The translations under genes were made by a program, and so were the position numbers. A stretch of 60,324 nucleotides of DNA, counting the filler. It is 3 parts of 3 records of this genome, joined end to end, with 100 filler letters (N's around TTAATTAATTAA, not from the genome) between each part and the next. Parts side by side here need not be neighbours in the genome. Positions count along the whole stretch, not along the records: positions 44,386 to 60,324 come from DRR378314_204; 2 more parts are not named here. One strand, written 5' to 3'. Each line of letters starts with the position of its first letter. Position 1 is the first letter of the stretch. The notes beneath the pieces are model-generated. The model searched no databases. It was not told the DNA's origin and saw nothing but the letters and a program-made list of their open reading frames with translations. Shown piece after piece: positions 51,372-60,324 of the stretch.

Positions 51372-53836
51372 TCACGCGGCAATATCATCAATCAAGCCGA
51401 CAAGCTGGATCAGAAACTCACCTGACCCGTCTGTGGCAAGGGCTGCCTGATAATATTCGTCTGATGCAGAAAAAGCGGTGGTTAGACTTTTCGTGCTGCC
51501 GTCAAATAATTTCATCACGTTATTTGCACGCTCAATGTTGCTCATGCCCAAGACCGCACCAAAATGAAGACCTACATCGGTCTTGTTTTCGAGATAGGTC
51601 TGATCCACGTTCTGTTGTGCGACAAATGAACTGCTTGCCCCCTCCGAGGCTTCGGCCCGCACCCCGTTGACGAAGATGCGGATAAACTGGCCTTCTGACA
51701 CATCTCCAGACATCAAAGAATCGATCCAAAACGCCCTGCCCTCTTCATCGGGGCCCCGACCAAGTACATTTTGATAAACCGAGGTGACAAACTCGGCTGC
51801 GTCTGGTGTATCCCCATAAATCAAACGGGTTTCGGGCTGGTCAAAAAAGAACTCAGCAACCTCATCAAGACTGGACCCGTTGATAAAGGCACAGGTCCAG
51901 AAGTAGAGCCCTTCCGCATCGGGGGCACGATTGAAATACGCAATGTAAAGCTCAACGAGAGAGATGTACTCGCTGGGATCAAGGTCGGTTCGTCTCCGTC
52001 TGCTGTCAAGGTCCAGTCTCTATTGGTAAAGCGCAATATGTTTATCCCACCGGTGTCCGTGCCTTCTGCCCCGCTGCGGTCAACGATCCTCACGGTATCT
52101 TCGGTAAAATCGAGCTGAATACTGAAACGATCTGATGCCCCATCATAGACTGCAATATCATTGCCCAGGTTACCCAAGAATTGATCATTTCCTGAACTGC
52201 TGATTATCACATCATCGAAAACCGTTCCAATGATCCGCTCGATATTGCTGAAGGATTGTACGAAACCCTGCCCTGCGGCTGTGCCTCGCGCTTCCTTATT
52301 GGCAATGTCAATCTCAAGCCCACTGTCGAATGCCCCGAAATCAAAGCTCAGCAAATCCTCACCCGCCCCCCCGTCAATTGTATCATTGCCGATGCTCGGG
52401 CTGAGGGTATCATTGCCAGCCAGACCGTTGAGAATGTCATCACCGTCCAAGCCTGATAGTAGGTTGTTTGCCCCGCTGCCGGTGATGCTGTCGTTGGCAC
52501 GGGTACCTTGAAAACCCTCGATTTCTACGAGTGTGTAGGTGAAAGTATCTTCGCCCACCTGGGCGCTTGCAGAAGCTAATGAAAGGTCCGCGTCTACTCC
52601 GTTTACAAAGATTCGATTGTCGCCTCTCGCGGTGTTGAACATTACCCAATCCCGCCCCTCGCCGCCGTCAAGTGTTTCGTTCCCTTCTGTCGCATAGAGG
52701 CTGTCATTGCCGTCGCCACCGAGCACGCTGTCATTGCCTAAGCCGCCAAACAGGGTGTCATTGCCGTCGCCGCCAATCAAAGTGTCATCACCTTCGCGGC
52801 CTTGAAGTTCGTTGTCGCCTTCATCCCCGGTCAGGGCGTCAGCAAAGCGAGAACCTTCTAGGGTTTCAATACTTTCCAGAGTGTATCTGTATGTCTGGCC
52901 CTCAATCTGGGCTACAGCCTGGCGTGATCCGAGGTCCACGGTGACACCTTCGACAAAGATCGGGCCGCTGCCGGTAGATGTTCTAAAACTTGCTTCGTCA
53001 CGACCGTCGCCACCGTTGAGCGTGTCGTCGCCTTTTGTTGCGTAGAGCGCATCATCGCCTGCGTCACCATAGAGCAGGTCGTCGCCCAAACCGCCAAACA
53101 GCCAGTCATCTCCACCCTGACCGAACAGGGTGTCATTCCCTCTACGACCGCGAATTTCATTGTCGTTTTCGTCACCCCGGAGCATGTCATCAAACTCCGA
53201 CCCTTCAAGGTTTTCTACGTTTTCAAGGAAGTAGGTAAACTGCTGACCATCGATCTGAGCATTTGCAAGCCTCGCGGCGAGTTCGACTGAGACGCCTTCT
53301 ACAAAAACCGGGCTGCCAGAACTTAATGCTCCAAAACTAACTTCATCACGACCCTCGCCCCCGTCAAGGGTGTCGTTGCCTTGCATCGCAAAAAGCTCGT
53401 CATTGCCCGCGCCGCCATATATGAAATCATTTCCCCTGCCGCCGAACAACTGATCATCGCCGGCCCCTCCGTTCAGGGTGTCATCACCGTCGCGACCTTG
53501 AAGAGTGTTGTTTTGGCCATCTCCAGACAGGGTATCATTGAAATTCGAGCCTGCTACATTTTCAATACCAATCAAGACGTGTGCCAAAGATGACTCCTGC
53601 AGAACTGCAGTAGTACGTCCAGCAGCCAGATCGACAGAGACACCATTGATGAAATAGGGATTGCCCTGAAACCACGTGGTATATTGCACCCGGTCGGTGC
53701 CTTGACCACCGTTCAGCGTGTCATTGCCATTGCCGCCAAAGAGAGTGTCATCGCCGCTAAACCCAAAAAATCTCACATCTTCGTCGTTGAAACCAAAGAG
53801 TCTATCGTCCCCGAGCGTGCCATATACTGTGCGCAT
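51372..53836 (-). pseudogene. RTX (hemolysin-type Ca-binding) repeat protein with C-terminal DUF4214-like domain, split by one frameshift near 51975-52019
   Basis: GGxGxD nonapeptides in ~116-aa modules. The -1 frame is open from 52019 and reads ELYIAYFNRAPDAEGLYFW...FFDQPETRLIY...VYQNVLGRGPDEEGRAFW. Could be a sequencing error. Confidence 0.75.
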
Positions 53837-54304
53837 GAGTGCCTATCCGTTGCTATGGGTTGATCGTTAATTTAGAAACATGACACAATTGATGCAACCT
53901 ATGATTGAGATCATTCCCGCACTCAATGGCATCTTGCAGTCGGATTGCACCCGAAATTGGCCTGTTCACCTCTGGAGAGAAAATACATGGTCTTCGGCAA
54001 TCAAAACGGGGTTCAAGAACGGTCAACGCCACCAATAGAGGTGACGGCCGAAGCCACGCCTGCCTTGCCATTGCTTAACGTCAAAGGCCTGGTCCCGTCA
54101 CGCTGCTGTGAGGCAAGCCTCGCTCAATCGTTGATTGCCCCCCCCCCGCAAAAATCGGGCGATCGGTTTCATCAGTTCAGAGCGTTTCGCCATCCCGGTG
54201 ACGGGGGAACAGTGCTGCATCCCTCATCAGCGGCGCTGGTCCCTAGTCAAGCGCCAGCTGCTGGTGGGCGCGGGGGCCGCCCAAGGATAGCGACCCGCCC
54301 ATCC

Positions 54305-55321
54305 CTACGCGTTCAGACGGGCAACGATGCTTTGGGCGGTGACCATCCCCAGTACCGTATCCCCATCCATAACACGCAATGCGTCAATCTCGCCGGTCAA
54401 TTGCTGCATCAGCTCTGCCACGGGGGTTTCCGCCGCGACCTGAGGGGCTGTCACCTCGCTGGCAGGCTCCATCACGTCGCGGGCGGTCAAAACGCCCAGG
54501 GGGTTCATATTTGACACGAAATCAGCCACATAATCGGATGCGGGATTCGAGAAAATCTCGCGCGGGGTGCCCAATTGCACGATGCGCCCACCTTCCATGA
54601 TCGCGATACGGCCGCCCAGTTTGAATGCCTCGTCCAGATCGTGGCTGACAAAAATGATCGTGCGTTTCAGATCGCGTTGTAGTTCCAACAGCTCATCCTG
54701 CAGGCGTGTGCGGATCAGCGGGTCCAACGCCGAAAACGGTTCATCCATCAGCAAAATCGGCGCTTCCGTGACAAACGCACGGGCAAGGCCGACCCGTTGC
54801 TGCATACCGCCTGACAGGTCCCCCACCTTGCGATCGGCCCAATCGGAAAGCCCCACCAGCGCCAGTTGCTTTTCGGCGCGGGCGTTGCGTTCGGCCTTGG
54901 CAATGTCGGAAAACTCCAGCGCCATCGCCACATTATCGCGCACCGTGCGCCAAGGCAGCAGCCCGAATTGCTGAAACACCATCGACACACATTCACGCCG
55001 CACCTTACGCAGATCCGAGGGCGAACATTCCTGTACATTGGCCGACCACGCGCCGTCATTGACTTCGACATGGCCGCGCACCACCGGGTTCAACCCGTTC
55101 ACCGCCCGCAGCAGGGTGGATTTGCCCGAACCCGAGAGCCCCATCAGCACAAGGATCTCGCCCTCCGCCACCTCAAGCGAGCAATTATGCACCCCAAGCA
55201 CCTGACCGGTCGCCGCCTCAATCTCTGGGCGGTTCTGACCTTGGTCCATCAGTTCAAGCGCTGCTTGAGGTTTTTCCCCAAAGACAATGGAAACATTGTC
55301 GAATTTTACTGCTGTGCTCAT
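54305..55321 (-). CDS. choV: Choline ABC transporter ATP-binding protein
   Basis: GLSGSGKS, LSGGMQQRVG, LMDEPFSALDPLIR and VSHD (ProV/OpuAA family). Confidence 0.9.
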   Translation of the reverse strand: MSTAVKFDNVSIVFGEKPQAALELMDQGQNRPEIEAATGQVLGVHNCSLEVAEGEILVLMGLSGSGKSTLLRAVNGLNPVVRGHVEVNDGAWSANVQECSPSDLRKVRRECVSMVFQQFGLLPWRTVRDNVAMALEFSDIAKAERNARAEKQLALVGLSDWADRKVGDLSGGMQQRVGLARAFVTEAPILLMDEPFSALDPLIRTRLQDELLELQRDLKRTIIFVSHDLDEAFKLGGRIAIMEGGRIVQLGTPREIFSNPASDYVADFVSNMNPLGVLTARDVMEPASEVTAPQVAAETPVAELMQQLTGEIDALRVMDGDTVLGMVTAQSIVARLNA

Positions 55322-56151
55322 TTTTGACCCACCCGCAACATCCGATCCAGCATGATGGCAACCACCACAATGATCAGACCGCTTTCAAATCCCAATCCGG
55401 TGTTGACCGAATTCAACGCCCGCACCACCGGCACGCCCAGACCGTCCGCCCCGACAAGGGCAGCAATCACCACCATCGAGAGCGATAACATGATCGTCTG
55501 GTTCAGCCCCGTCATGATCTGGGGCAGCGCGTAGGGCAGTTCGATTTTCCACAGTGTCTGGCGGGGCGTCGCGCCAAAGGCCTGCGCTGCTTCCAGCAAG
55601 GATTTGGGGGTAGAGGCAATCCCAAGCTGAGTCAGCCGGATCGGTGCCGGCAGAACAAAGATCACCGTGGCAATCAGGCCGGGCACCATACCAATGCCAA
55701 AGAACACAATGGCCGGGATGAGATAGACAAATGTGGGCAGCGTCTGCATCAGGTCCAGCACCGGCCGCATGAAACGGTACAGGCGCGGACGATGGGCTGC
55801 CGCAATACCGATCGGCACACCAACCCCCATGCAGACCACACAGGCCGACAGCACCAGCGTCAGGCTTTCAGTCGTCTCTTCCCAGTAGTCCTGATTGAGG
55901 ATGAACAGGAAACCCACCACAATAAAGGCTACGGTTTTCCAATTGCGCTGGATGCCCCAAGTGAGTGCAGCAAAAGCGGCAATCACAATCAGCGGATGCG
56001 GGGTTTGCAACACCCAGAGAATGGCCTCGATCAGCCACTCCATCACCATCGCCAGCCCGTCAAAGAACCATTCGCCCTTGATCTGAAGCCAGTCGAACGC
56101 CGCCTCTGCGATGTCATCGACCGGTATCTTATTTTCCGTCAGCCAGTTCAT
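55318..56151 (-). CDS. choW: Choline ABC transporter permease
   Basis: MNWLTENKIP start; PVLDLMQTLPTFVYLIP, EAAQAFG and GLNQTIMLSLSMVVIAA. Confidence 0.9.
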   Translation of the reverse strand: MNWLTENKIPVDDIAEAAFDWLQIKGEWFFDGLAMVMEWLIEAILWVLQTPHPLIVIAAFAALTWGIQRNWKTVAFIVVGFLFILNQDYWEETTESLTLVLSACVVCMGVGVPIGIAAAHRPRLYRFMRPVLDLMQTLPTFVYLIPAIVFFGIGMVPGLIATVIFVLPAPIRLTQLGIASTPKSLLEAAQAFGATPRQTLWKIELPYALPQIMTGLNQTIMLSLSMVVIAALVGADGLGVPVVRALNSVNTGLGFESGLIIVVVAIMLDRMLRVGQK

Positions 56152-56169
56152 CTTTTCCCCCGAAAACAC

Positions 56170-56200
56170 GATGCCCGCCCCTAAGATCAGGGCGGGCATC
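56170..56200. terminator. Stem-loop between choX and choW (mRNA stabiliser or partial terminator)
   Basis: GATGCCCGCCC-CTAAGATCA-GGGCGGGCATC, an 11-bp perfect stem. Confidence 0.6.
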
Positions 56201-56218
56201 TTTTACGCTCTGTCGCGA

Positions 56219-57139
56219 TTACTTCAGCGATGCGGCTGCGGCCATTGCATCACCACCGTCCTTGGTGGTCACACCGTCAAGCCATCCACCCAGAACATCG
56301 GCATTTGCCTTGATCCACATGGCGGCGGCTTCTTCGGGGTCGTTGCCGTCATCCAGAATCGACCCCATGATCTCGTTTTCCATGGCCAGGGTGAATTCCA
56401 TATTGTTCAGCAGTTTGCCGACATTCGGGCATTCTTCCACGTAACCAGCACGCGTGTTGGTATGCACCGTGGCACCGCCCAGATCCGGGCCAAAGAAATC
56501 ATCGCCACCTTCCAGATAGGTCAGCTCGAAATTGGCGTTCATCGGGTGGGGTTCCCAGCCAAGGAAGACAATCGGATCCCCCTTACGGCTTAGGCGTTTA
56601 ACCTGCGCCAACATGCCTTGCTCAGAGGATTCGACCACTTCGAAATCTTTCAGGTCGAATGCGTTGTCATCAATCATCGACTGGATCAGGCGGTTGCCGT
56701 CGTTGCCCGGCTCGATGCCATAGATCTTGCCGTCCAGCGCGTCAGCCTTGGCTGCGATATCAGTGAAAGAAGCGATTCCCATATCCGCTGCGGCCTTGTT
56801 GACTGCCAGCGTGTATTTCGCGCCTTGCAGGTTGGCGCGTACGGTATCGACGGTACCCGCCTCACGATAGGGAGCGATGTCAGCTTCCATTGTCGGCATC
56901 CAGTTGCCAAGGAAAACGTCGATATCACCCGCCGCCATGGAGGTATAGGTGACCGGCACCGACAGGATCTTGGTCTCTGTCTCATAGCCCAGCGCGTCCA
57001 GTACAACAGAGGCAGCAGCCGTCGTGGCGGTGATGTCGGTCCAGCCGACATCAGAAAAGGTCACCTTGTCGCATCCAGCTGCGGACAAAGATGTGGCAAA
57101 GCCAAGGGCGACAGCAGTAGTGGCCAAAAGATGTTTCAT
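56219..57139 (-). CDS. choX: Choline ABC transporter substrate-binding protein
   Basis: Signal peptide; SDVGWTDI, FLGNWMP, YGIEPGNDGN, SSEQGML and LGWEPHPMN. RBS GGGAG. Confidence 0.92.
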   Translation of the reverse strand: MKHLLATTAVALGFATSLSAAGCDKVTFSDVGWTDITATTAAASVVLDALGYETETKILSVPVTYTSMAAGDIDVFLGNWMPTMEADIAPYREAGTVDTVRANLQGAKYTLAVNKAAADMGIASFTDIAAKADALDGKIYGIEPGNDGNRLIQSMIDDNAFDLKDFEVVESSEQGMLAQVKRLSRKGDPIVFLGWEPHPMNANFELTYLEGGDDFFGPDLGGATVHTNTRAGYVEECPNVGKLLNNMEFTLAMENEIMGSILDDGNDPEEAAAMWIKANADVLGGWLDGVTTKDGGDAMAAAASLK

Positions 57140-57156
57140 CATAAACTCCCGGTTTT

Positions 57157-57178
57157 TTGTTGATCGTTGCGTCAATAA
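57157..57178. promoter_or_regulatory. Putative BetI-type operator upstream of choX
   Basis: Imperfect palindrome TTGTTGA-TCGTTGCG-TCAATAA just 5' of the choX RBS. Confidence 0.55.
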
Positions 57179-57348
57179 CAAGCGATTGCGAAGGGCAATG
57201 CAACCAGTATCATGAGAAATCACATCAATCCCCCACCAACCATCGGTAAATTAACGGCCTCCCCCTCCCAAAGTGCCATTGGCAGTCGATTGAGTTTTCT
57301 AATCGGCATGCTAGAATTGGCACACCCTAGTGATGAAAGACGCAAGAC

Positions 57349-58095
57349 ATGAATCTGGCCCAATCCAGCGGCAATTTTACATCCTGTGCGGATTGTAACA
57401 TCAGAAACCGTGCTGTCTGTGCGACTTGCGACGCTGAAGAGCTGAGCCGTCTGGAAGATATCAAATATTACCGATCCTTTGATGCCGGTCAGCAGATCAT
57501 GTTTCAGGGTGACGAAATGCATTTTGTGGCCTCTGTTGTTACGGGTGCTGCAAAGCTGTCGCGCACCCTGCCCGACGGGCGCATCCAGATGTTGGGGCTG
57601 TTGCTGCCTTCCGATTTTATCGGGCGTCCGGGACGCGAACATGTGGCTTATGATGTTGAGGCGATTCAGGATGTCACCCTGTGTTGTTTCCGTCGCAAAC
57701 CCTTTGAGGCCCTGATCGAGGTCACCCCTCATATCGGCCAGCGTCTGTTGGTGATGTCACTGGATGAATTGGAAGTGGCGCGCGAGTGGATGATGCTTTT
57801 GGGGCGCAAGACCGCGCGGGAAAAGATCAGCTGTCTGTTGTCCTTGATTGGTCGACGCACCGCATCGCTGCACCACAAGCGGGTAAGTGACGGGCTGTCC
57901 TTCGAAATGCCGATGTCGCGTGAGGCGATGGGGGAATATCTGGGCCTGACCATCGAAACCGTCAGCCGCCAGATGACCGCCCTGCGCAAGGACGGTGTGA
58001 TTGAAATGACCGGCAGCCGCACCATTACGATCCCTGACCTGACCGTACTGATGGCCGAGACGGGTGATGATACGGATGGTGGGGTGCTGTACTAA
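57349..58095 (+). CDS. fnrL: Oxygen-sensing Crp/Fnr regulator FnrL
   Basis: CADCNIRNRAVC plus a central Cys (LCCF); LGRKTAREK; HTH LGLTIETVSR. Close to uspA and ccoN. Confidence 0.93.
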   Translation: MNLAQSSGNFTSCADCNIRNRAVCATCDAEELSRLEDIKYYRSFDAGQQIMFQGDEMHFVASVVTGAAKLSRTLPDGRIQMLGLLLPSDFIGRPGREHVAYDVEAIQDVTLCCFRRKPFEALIEVTPHIGQRLLVMSLDELEVAREWMMLLGRKTAREKISCLLSLIGRRTASLHHKRVSDGLSFEMPMSREAMGEYLGLTIETVSRQMTALRKDGVIEMTGSRTITIPDLTVLMAETGDDTDGGVLY

Positions 58096-58214
58096 GCCAT
58101 TCCACGAGATCGCAGGGGCATCTAAAACCATCCGCTCTGAAATGCCATTGTTATGGCTGCGTCAGGGGTCGACGGCTGCCATAAAGGGAACAGGCGAAAT
58201 CGGCGCACCAGTGC

Positions 58215-58565
58215 CTAGTCACCGTCAGCGCGGCAGGAAAAGGGCACAAAGGTGCTGGCCATCCCCTCGTTCATGGTCATGATCGTCAGCATATTTGCCA
58301 TATCAAACTCTGCCTTGCTGCGCGGGCAGACGGCAACCCTTTCGCGACATCCGGCGGCGAGGAAAGAGGCGTTACGGGATAGAAATTCCTCGCTGACGTC
58401 CTGCTGATCAACAGCCAGATAAGCCGCGTCCCAAGCCCGCTTATAAAGCAGACATTTCTGCGCCCGCCATGTCAGCCCCTCATTGCTATGCCCTTCGGCC
58501 TGTGAACCATCAGGGACAAGCTGCGCGGCCATCAAAGCCAAAGCAAAACCGAACCGCCGCATCAT
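58215..58565 (-). CDS. Small exported Cys-containing hypothetical protein
   Basis: Signal peptide MMRRFGFALALMAA; four Cys; ends MNEGMASTFVPFSC. Confidence 0.7.
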   Translation of the reverse strand: MMRRFGFALALMAAQLVPDGSQAEGHSNEGLTWRAQKCLLYKRAWDAAYLAVDQQDVSEEFLSRNASFLAAGCRERVAVCPRSKAEFDMANMLTIMTMNEGMASTFVPFSCRADGD

Positions 58566-58801
58566 AGCCCCCTTGCTGCCCAATGCTCTGCGGATTCTAT
58601 ACGCGGCGCAACTTCGCCTTCAAGGGGTCACGGCCCACGCGGCGGGGATATGCCACCGCTTCGTAAGGGCTTAACCGAAGTACGCCGCGACCAATGGGCA
58701 GGGCGATCACAGTTGCGACCACCCCGGCCCGGCATTTCGAAAGCACGCCTCTTCCTTCTCATACCAGCCTAGGGAGAACCTGTCTGATCCAGGGCTGCCC
58801 G

Positions 58802-59641
58802 CTAATGCGCCATGAACACCGGTACGGTGGCATCTGTCAGGATGCTGCGGGTGGTGCCGCCAAAGATCGCTTCGCGCAGACGGGAACGACCGTAGGCCCC
58901 CATCACCATCATACCACACCCCAGTTCAGTCGCGCGGCGTTCCAACGTGGCGGCCACGCTACCGTCACTCTGATTGCAGACCGAAAGCTCACATTTGATC
59001 CCCTGCCGCGACAGGTATTGTGCAAAGGCCCCACCGGGATCGGAACGATCTGGCGCATCCTTGGGAGGATCGACCATCACCACATGCACATATGAGGCTT
59101 TGGTCAGCAGGGGCAGCGCCTGCCGGGCGGCCCGCAGCGCGGTCGCGCTCTCGTCCCAGGACACCAGTATCTTGCTGGGCGGGGCCGTCACCTGCGCTTC
59201 TTCGGGCAGCAAAAGCAGCGGCACACCGGCCTCAAACAGGATGGTTTCCGCCAGTCTGCGCGTGCGATCCTGATCGCCTGTACTGTTGATGCGGTGCTGC
59301 ACCACCAGATCGCTGAACCGCGTGTGACGCGCAATTTCTGTGGCGCTGCTGGCCCCGCTGCCGACAATTGGCTCCACATGCCAGCGGATGTCTTCATCGG
59401 CCAGCTGCGCCGTGGCCAGATTGCCCAGCGCTTTGGCACGCTCCAGACTTTCCTCTACGCCAAGCCCCATCGGGATCGGATCAAGGGCCGCGCCCATCAT
59501 CGCGGTCTGATCAAACCCGATGGCAAGGGCCAATACATGTAGATGCGCGTCCAATGCCCGCGCCGTGCCGATTGCAGCCTCAAGCTGGCCCGGAGCCTGA
59601 TCAATTTCGGTGATAATCGTGGTGACAGTTTGAATAGACAT
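58802..59641 (-). CDS. Universal stress protein (tandem USP domains)
   Basis: Start MSIQTVTT after a GGAGG RBS; RFSDLVV, WDESATA.RA and VMGAYGRSRLREAIFGGTTR. The ORF-track extension to 60190 is spurious. Confidence 0.9.
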   Translation of the reverse strand: MSIQTVTTIITEIDQAPGQLEAAIGTARALDAHLHVLALAIGFDQTAMMGAALDPIPMGLGVEESLERAKALGNLATAQLADEDIRWHVEPIVGSGASSATEIARHTRFSDLVVQHRINSTGDQDRTRRLAETILFEAGVPLLLLPEEAQVTAPPSKILVSWDESATALRAARQALPLLTKASYVHVVMVDPPKDAPDRSDPGGAFAQYLSRQGIKCELSVCNQSDGSVAATLERRATELGCGMMVMGAYGRSRLREAIFGGTTRSILTDATVPVFMAH

Positions 59642-59699
59642 AAAGAGCCCTCCTGTTTCCGGTCTACTCTCACTGTGCCTTCCTATCTTCATGCCGTCT

Positions 59700-59745
59700 T
59701 TGACCTTGGCCAAGCAAAAACCACCCCGGCATTGACTCAGATCAA
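59700..59745. promoter_or_regulatory. Two FNR boxes in the divergent usp/ccoN promoter
   Basis: TTGAC-CTTG-GCCAA (59700-59713) and TTGAC-TCAG-ATCAA (59732-59745) versus consensus TTGAT-N4-ATCAA. Confidence 0.8.
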
Positions 59746-59836
59746 AGACCGCCCGGCCTGTCCTTGGGAAAAGGCCACATAGGAATGAACGCCCCAGCCC
59801 TGAATTTGGCTGCGGGTGAATAAAAGGGGCACCATT

Positions 59837-60324
59837 ATGACGTCTGACTATTTCAAGCTGATCCTGCTGGCGGGGATTACGCTTTTTGCCGCAATAGCTG
59901 CCAGTTGGGGCCGCGATCTGGCTTATCAGGTGCATGCTTTCCTGATCATGGTCATCGCTGCTGGCATGTTCATCTGGGTGCTGCGTAATACCGACGAAGA
60001 GCCGCGCCCGCAGACTGATTCCAATGGCTATATGGACGACGTGATCCGCGCCGGTGTCATCGCCACCGCCTTCTGGGGTGTTGTGGGCTTCCTTGCCGGT
60101 ACCTTCATCGCGTTCCAGCTGGCCTTTCCGGCGCTGAACTTTGAATGGGCGCAACCCTATGCAAACTTTGGACGTCTGCGCCCCCTGCATACGTCAGCGG
60201 TGATTTTTGCCTTTGGCGGCAACGCGCTGATCATGTCGTCTTTCTATATCGTGCAACGCACCTGCGGTACGCGCCTTTGGGGCGGCAACCTGCGGTGGTT
60301 CGTGTTCTGGGGCTATCAGCTGTT
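59837..60324 (+). CDS. ccoN: cbb3-type cytochrome c oxidase subunit I, 5' part (not in ORF track, runs off window)
   Basis: MTSDYFKL...[20 protein letters not shown]...[22 protein letters not shown]...VQRTC...FVFWGYQL. Confidence 0.95.
   Translation, partial: MTSDYFKLILLAGITLFAAIAASWGRDLAYQVHAFLIMVIAAGMFIWVLRNTDEEPRPQTDSNGYMDDVIRAGVIATAFWGVVGFLAGTFIAFQLAFPALNFEWAQPYANFGRLRPLHTSAVIFAFGGNALIMSSFYIVQRTCGTRLWGGNLRWFVFWGYQL

Noticed and set aside
53860-54300. 189-aa ORF 53945-54514, or a nuclease pseudogene after choV
   Set aside because: The ORF overlaps choV antisense and has no recognisable domain; the remnant resemblance is too weak.
59642-60190. N-terminal extension of the 462-aa USP ORF
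   Set aside because: It is antisense to ccoN and covers the FNR-box promoter; the real start with RBS is 59641.
28620-60324. Bacterial genes as horizontal transfer into the eukaryote
   Set aside because: They are separated by artificial linkers and show fully bacterial operon structure with no introns.
1-60324. CRISPR array, prophage, integrase or defence system
   Set aside because: No spaced direct-repeat array or recognisable cas, phage or recombinase genes were seen; the only long periodicity is the coding RTX modules.

Overview
The window is not one locus. It is three unrelated contigs joined by two identical artificial 100-nt linkers (N44-TTAATTAATTAA-N44 at 28520-28619 and 44286-44385). 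(1) 1-28519 is an intron-rich, GC-rich eukaryote, probably a protist. It carries an atypical two-DBD E2F (E2F7/8/DEL type), RNA polymerase III subunit RPC3, a soluble pyrophosphatase, a crotonase-family enzyme, TOM7, the 5' end of DDX3/Ded1, two tRNA-Gln genes and unknown spliced genes. (2) 28620-44285 is an AT-rich Flavobacteriaceae-type contig. It carries a GH3 acyl-adenylate enzyme, an atypical pyruvate kinase, GH32, a coupled TIGR04282/DUF2064 - PNP - ArsM-like operon, an active plus a dead amidase, a GH113-like hydrolase, an FAD oxidoreductase and a membrane polyferredoxin. (3) 44386-60324 is a Rhodobacteraceae/Roseobacter-type contig. It carries a tRNA 3' end, a GntR-DapA-like-ALDH-MttB-FAD oxidase operon, a frameshifted RTX/DUF4214 protein, choXWV, fnrL, uspA and the start of ccoN. 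The best candidate for an undescribed system is the arsenic operon. Its PNP has an adenosine/5'-substituted-nucleoside-type active site (Asn243-equivalent is Asp, His257-equivalent is Val), fitting the unassigned de-adenylation and activation steps of arsenosugar metabolism. Second is the non-pyrrolysine MttB catabolic operon. All family calls come from motif recognition by eye; no searches were run.
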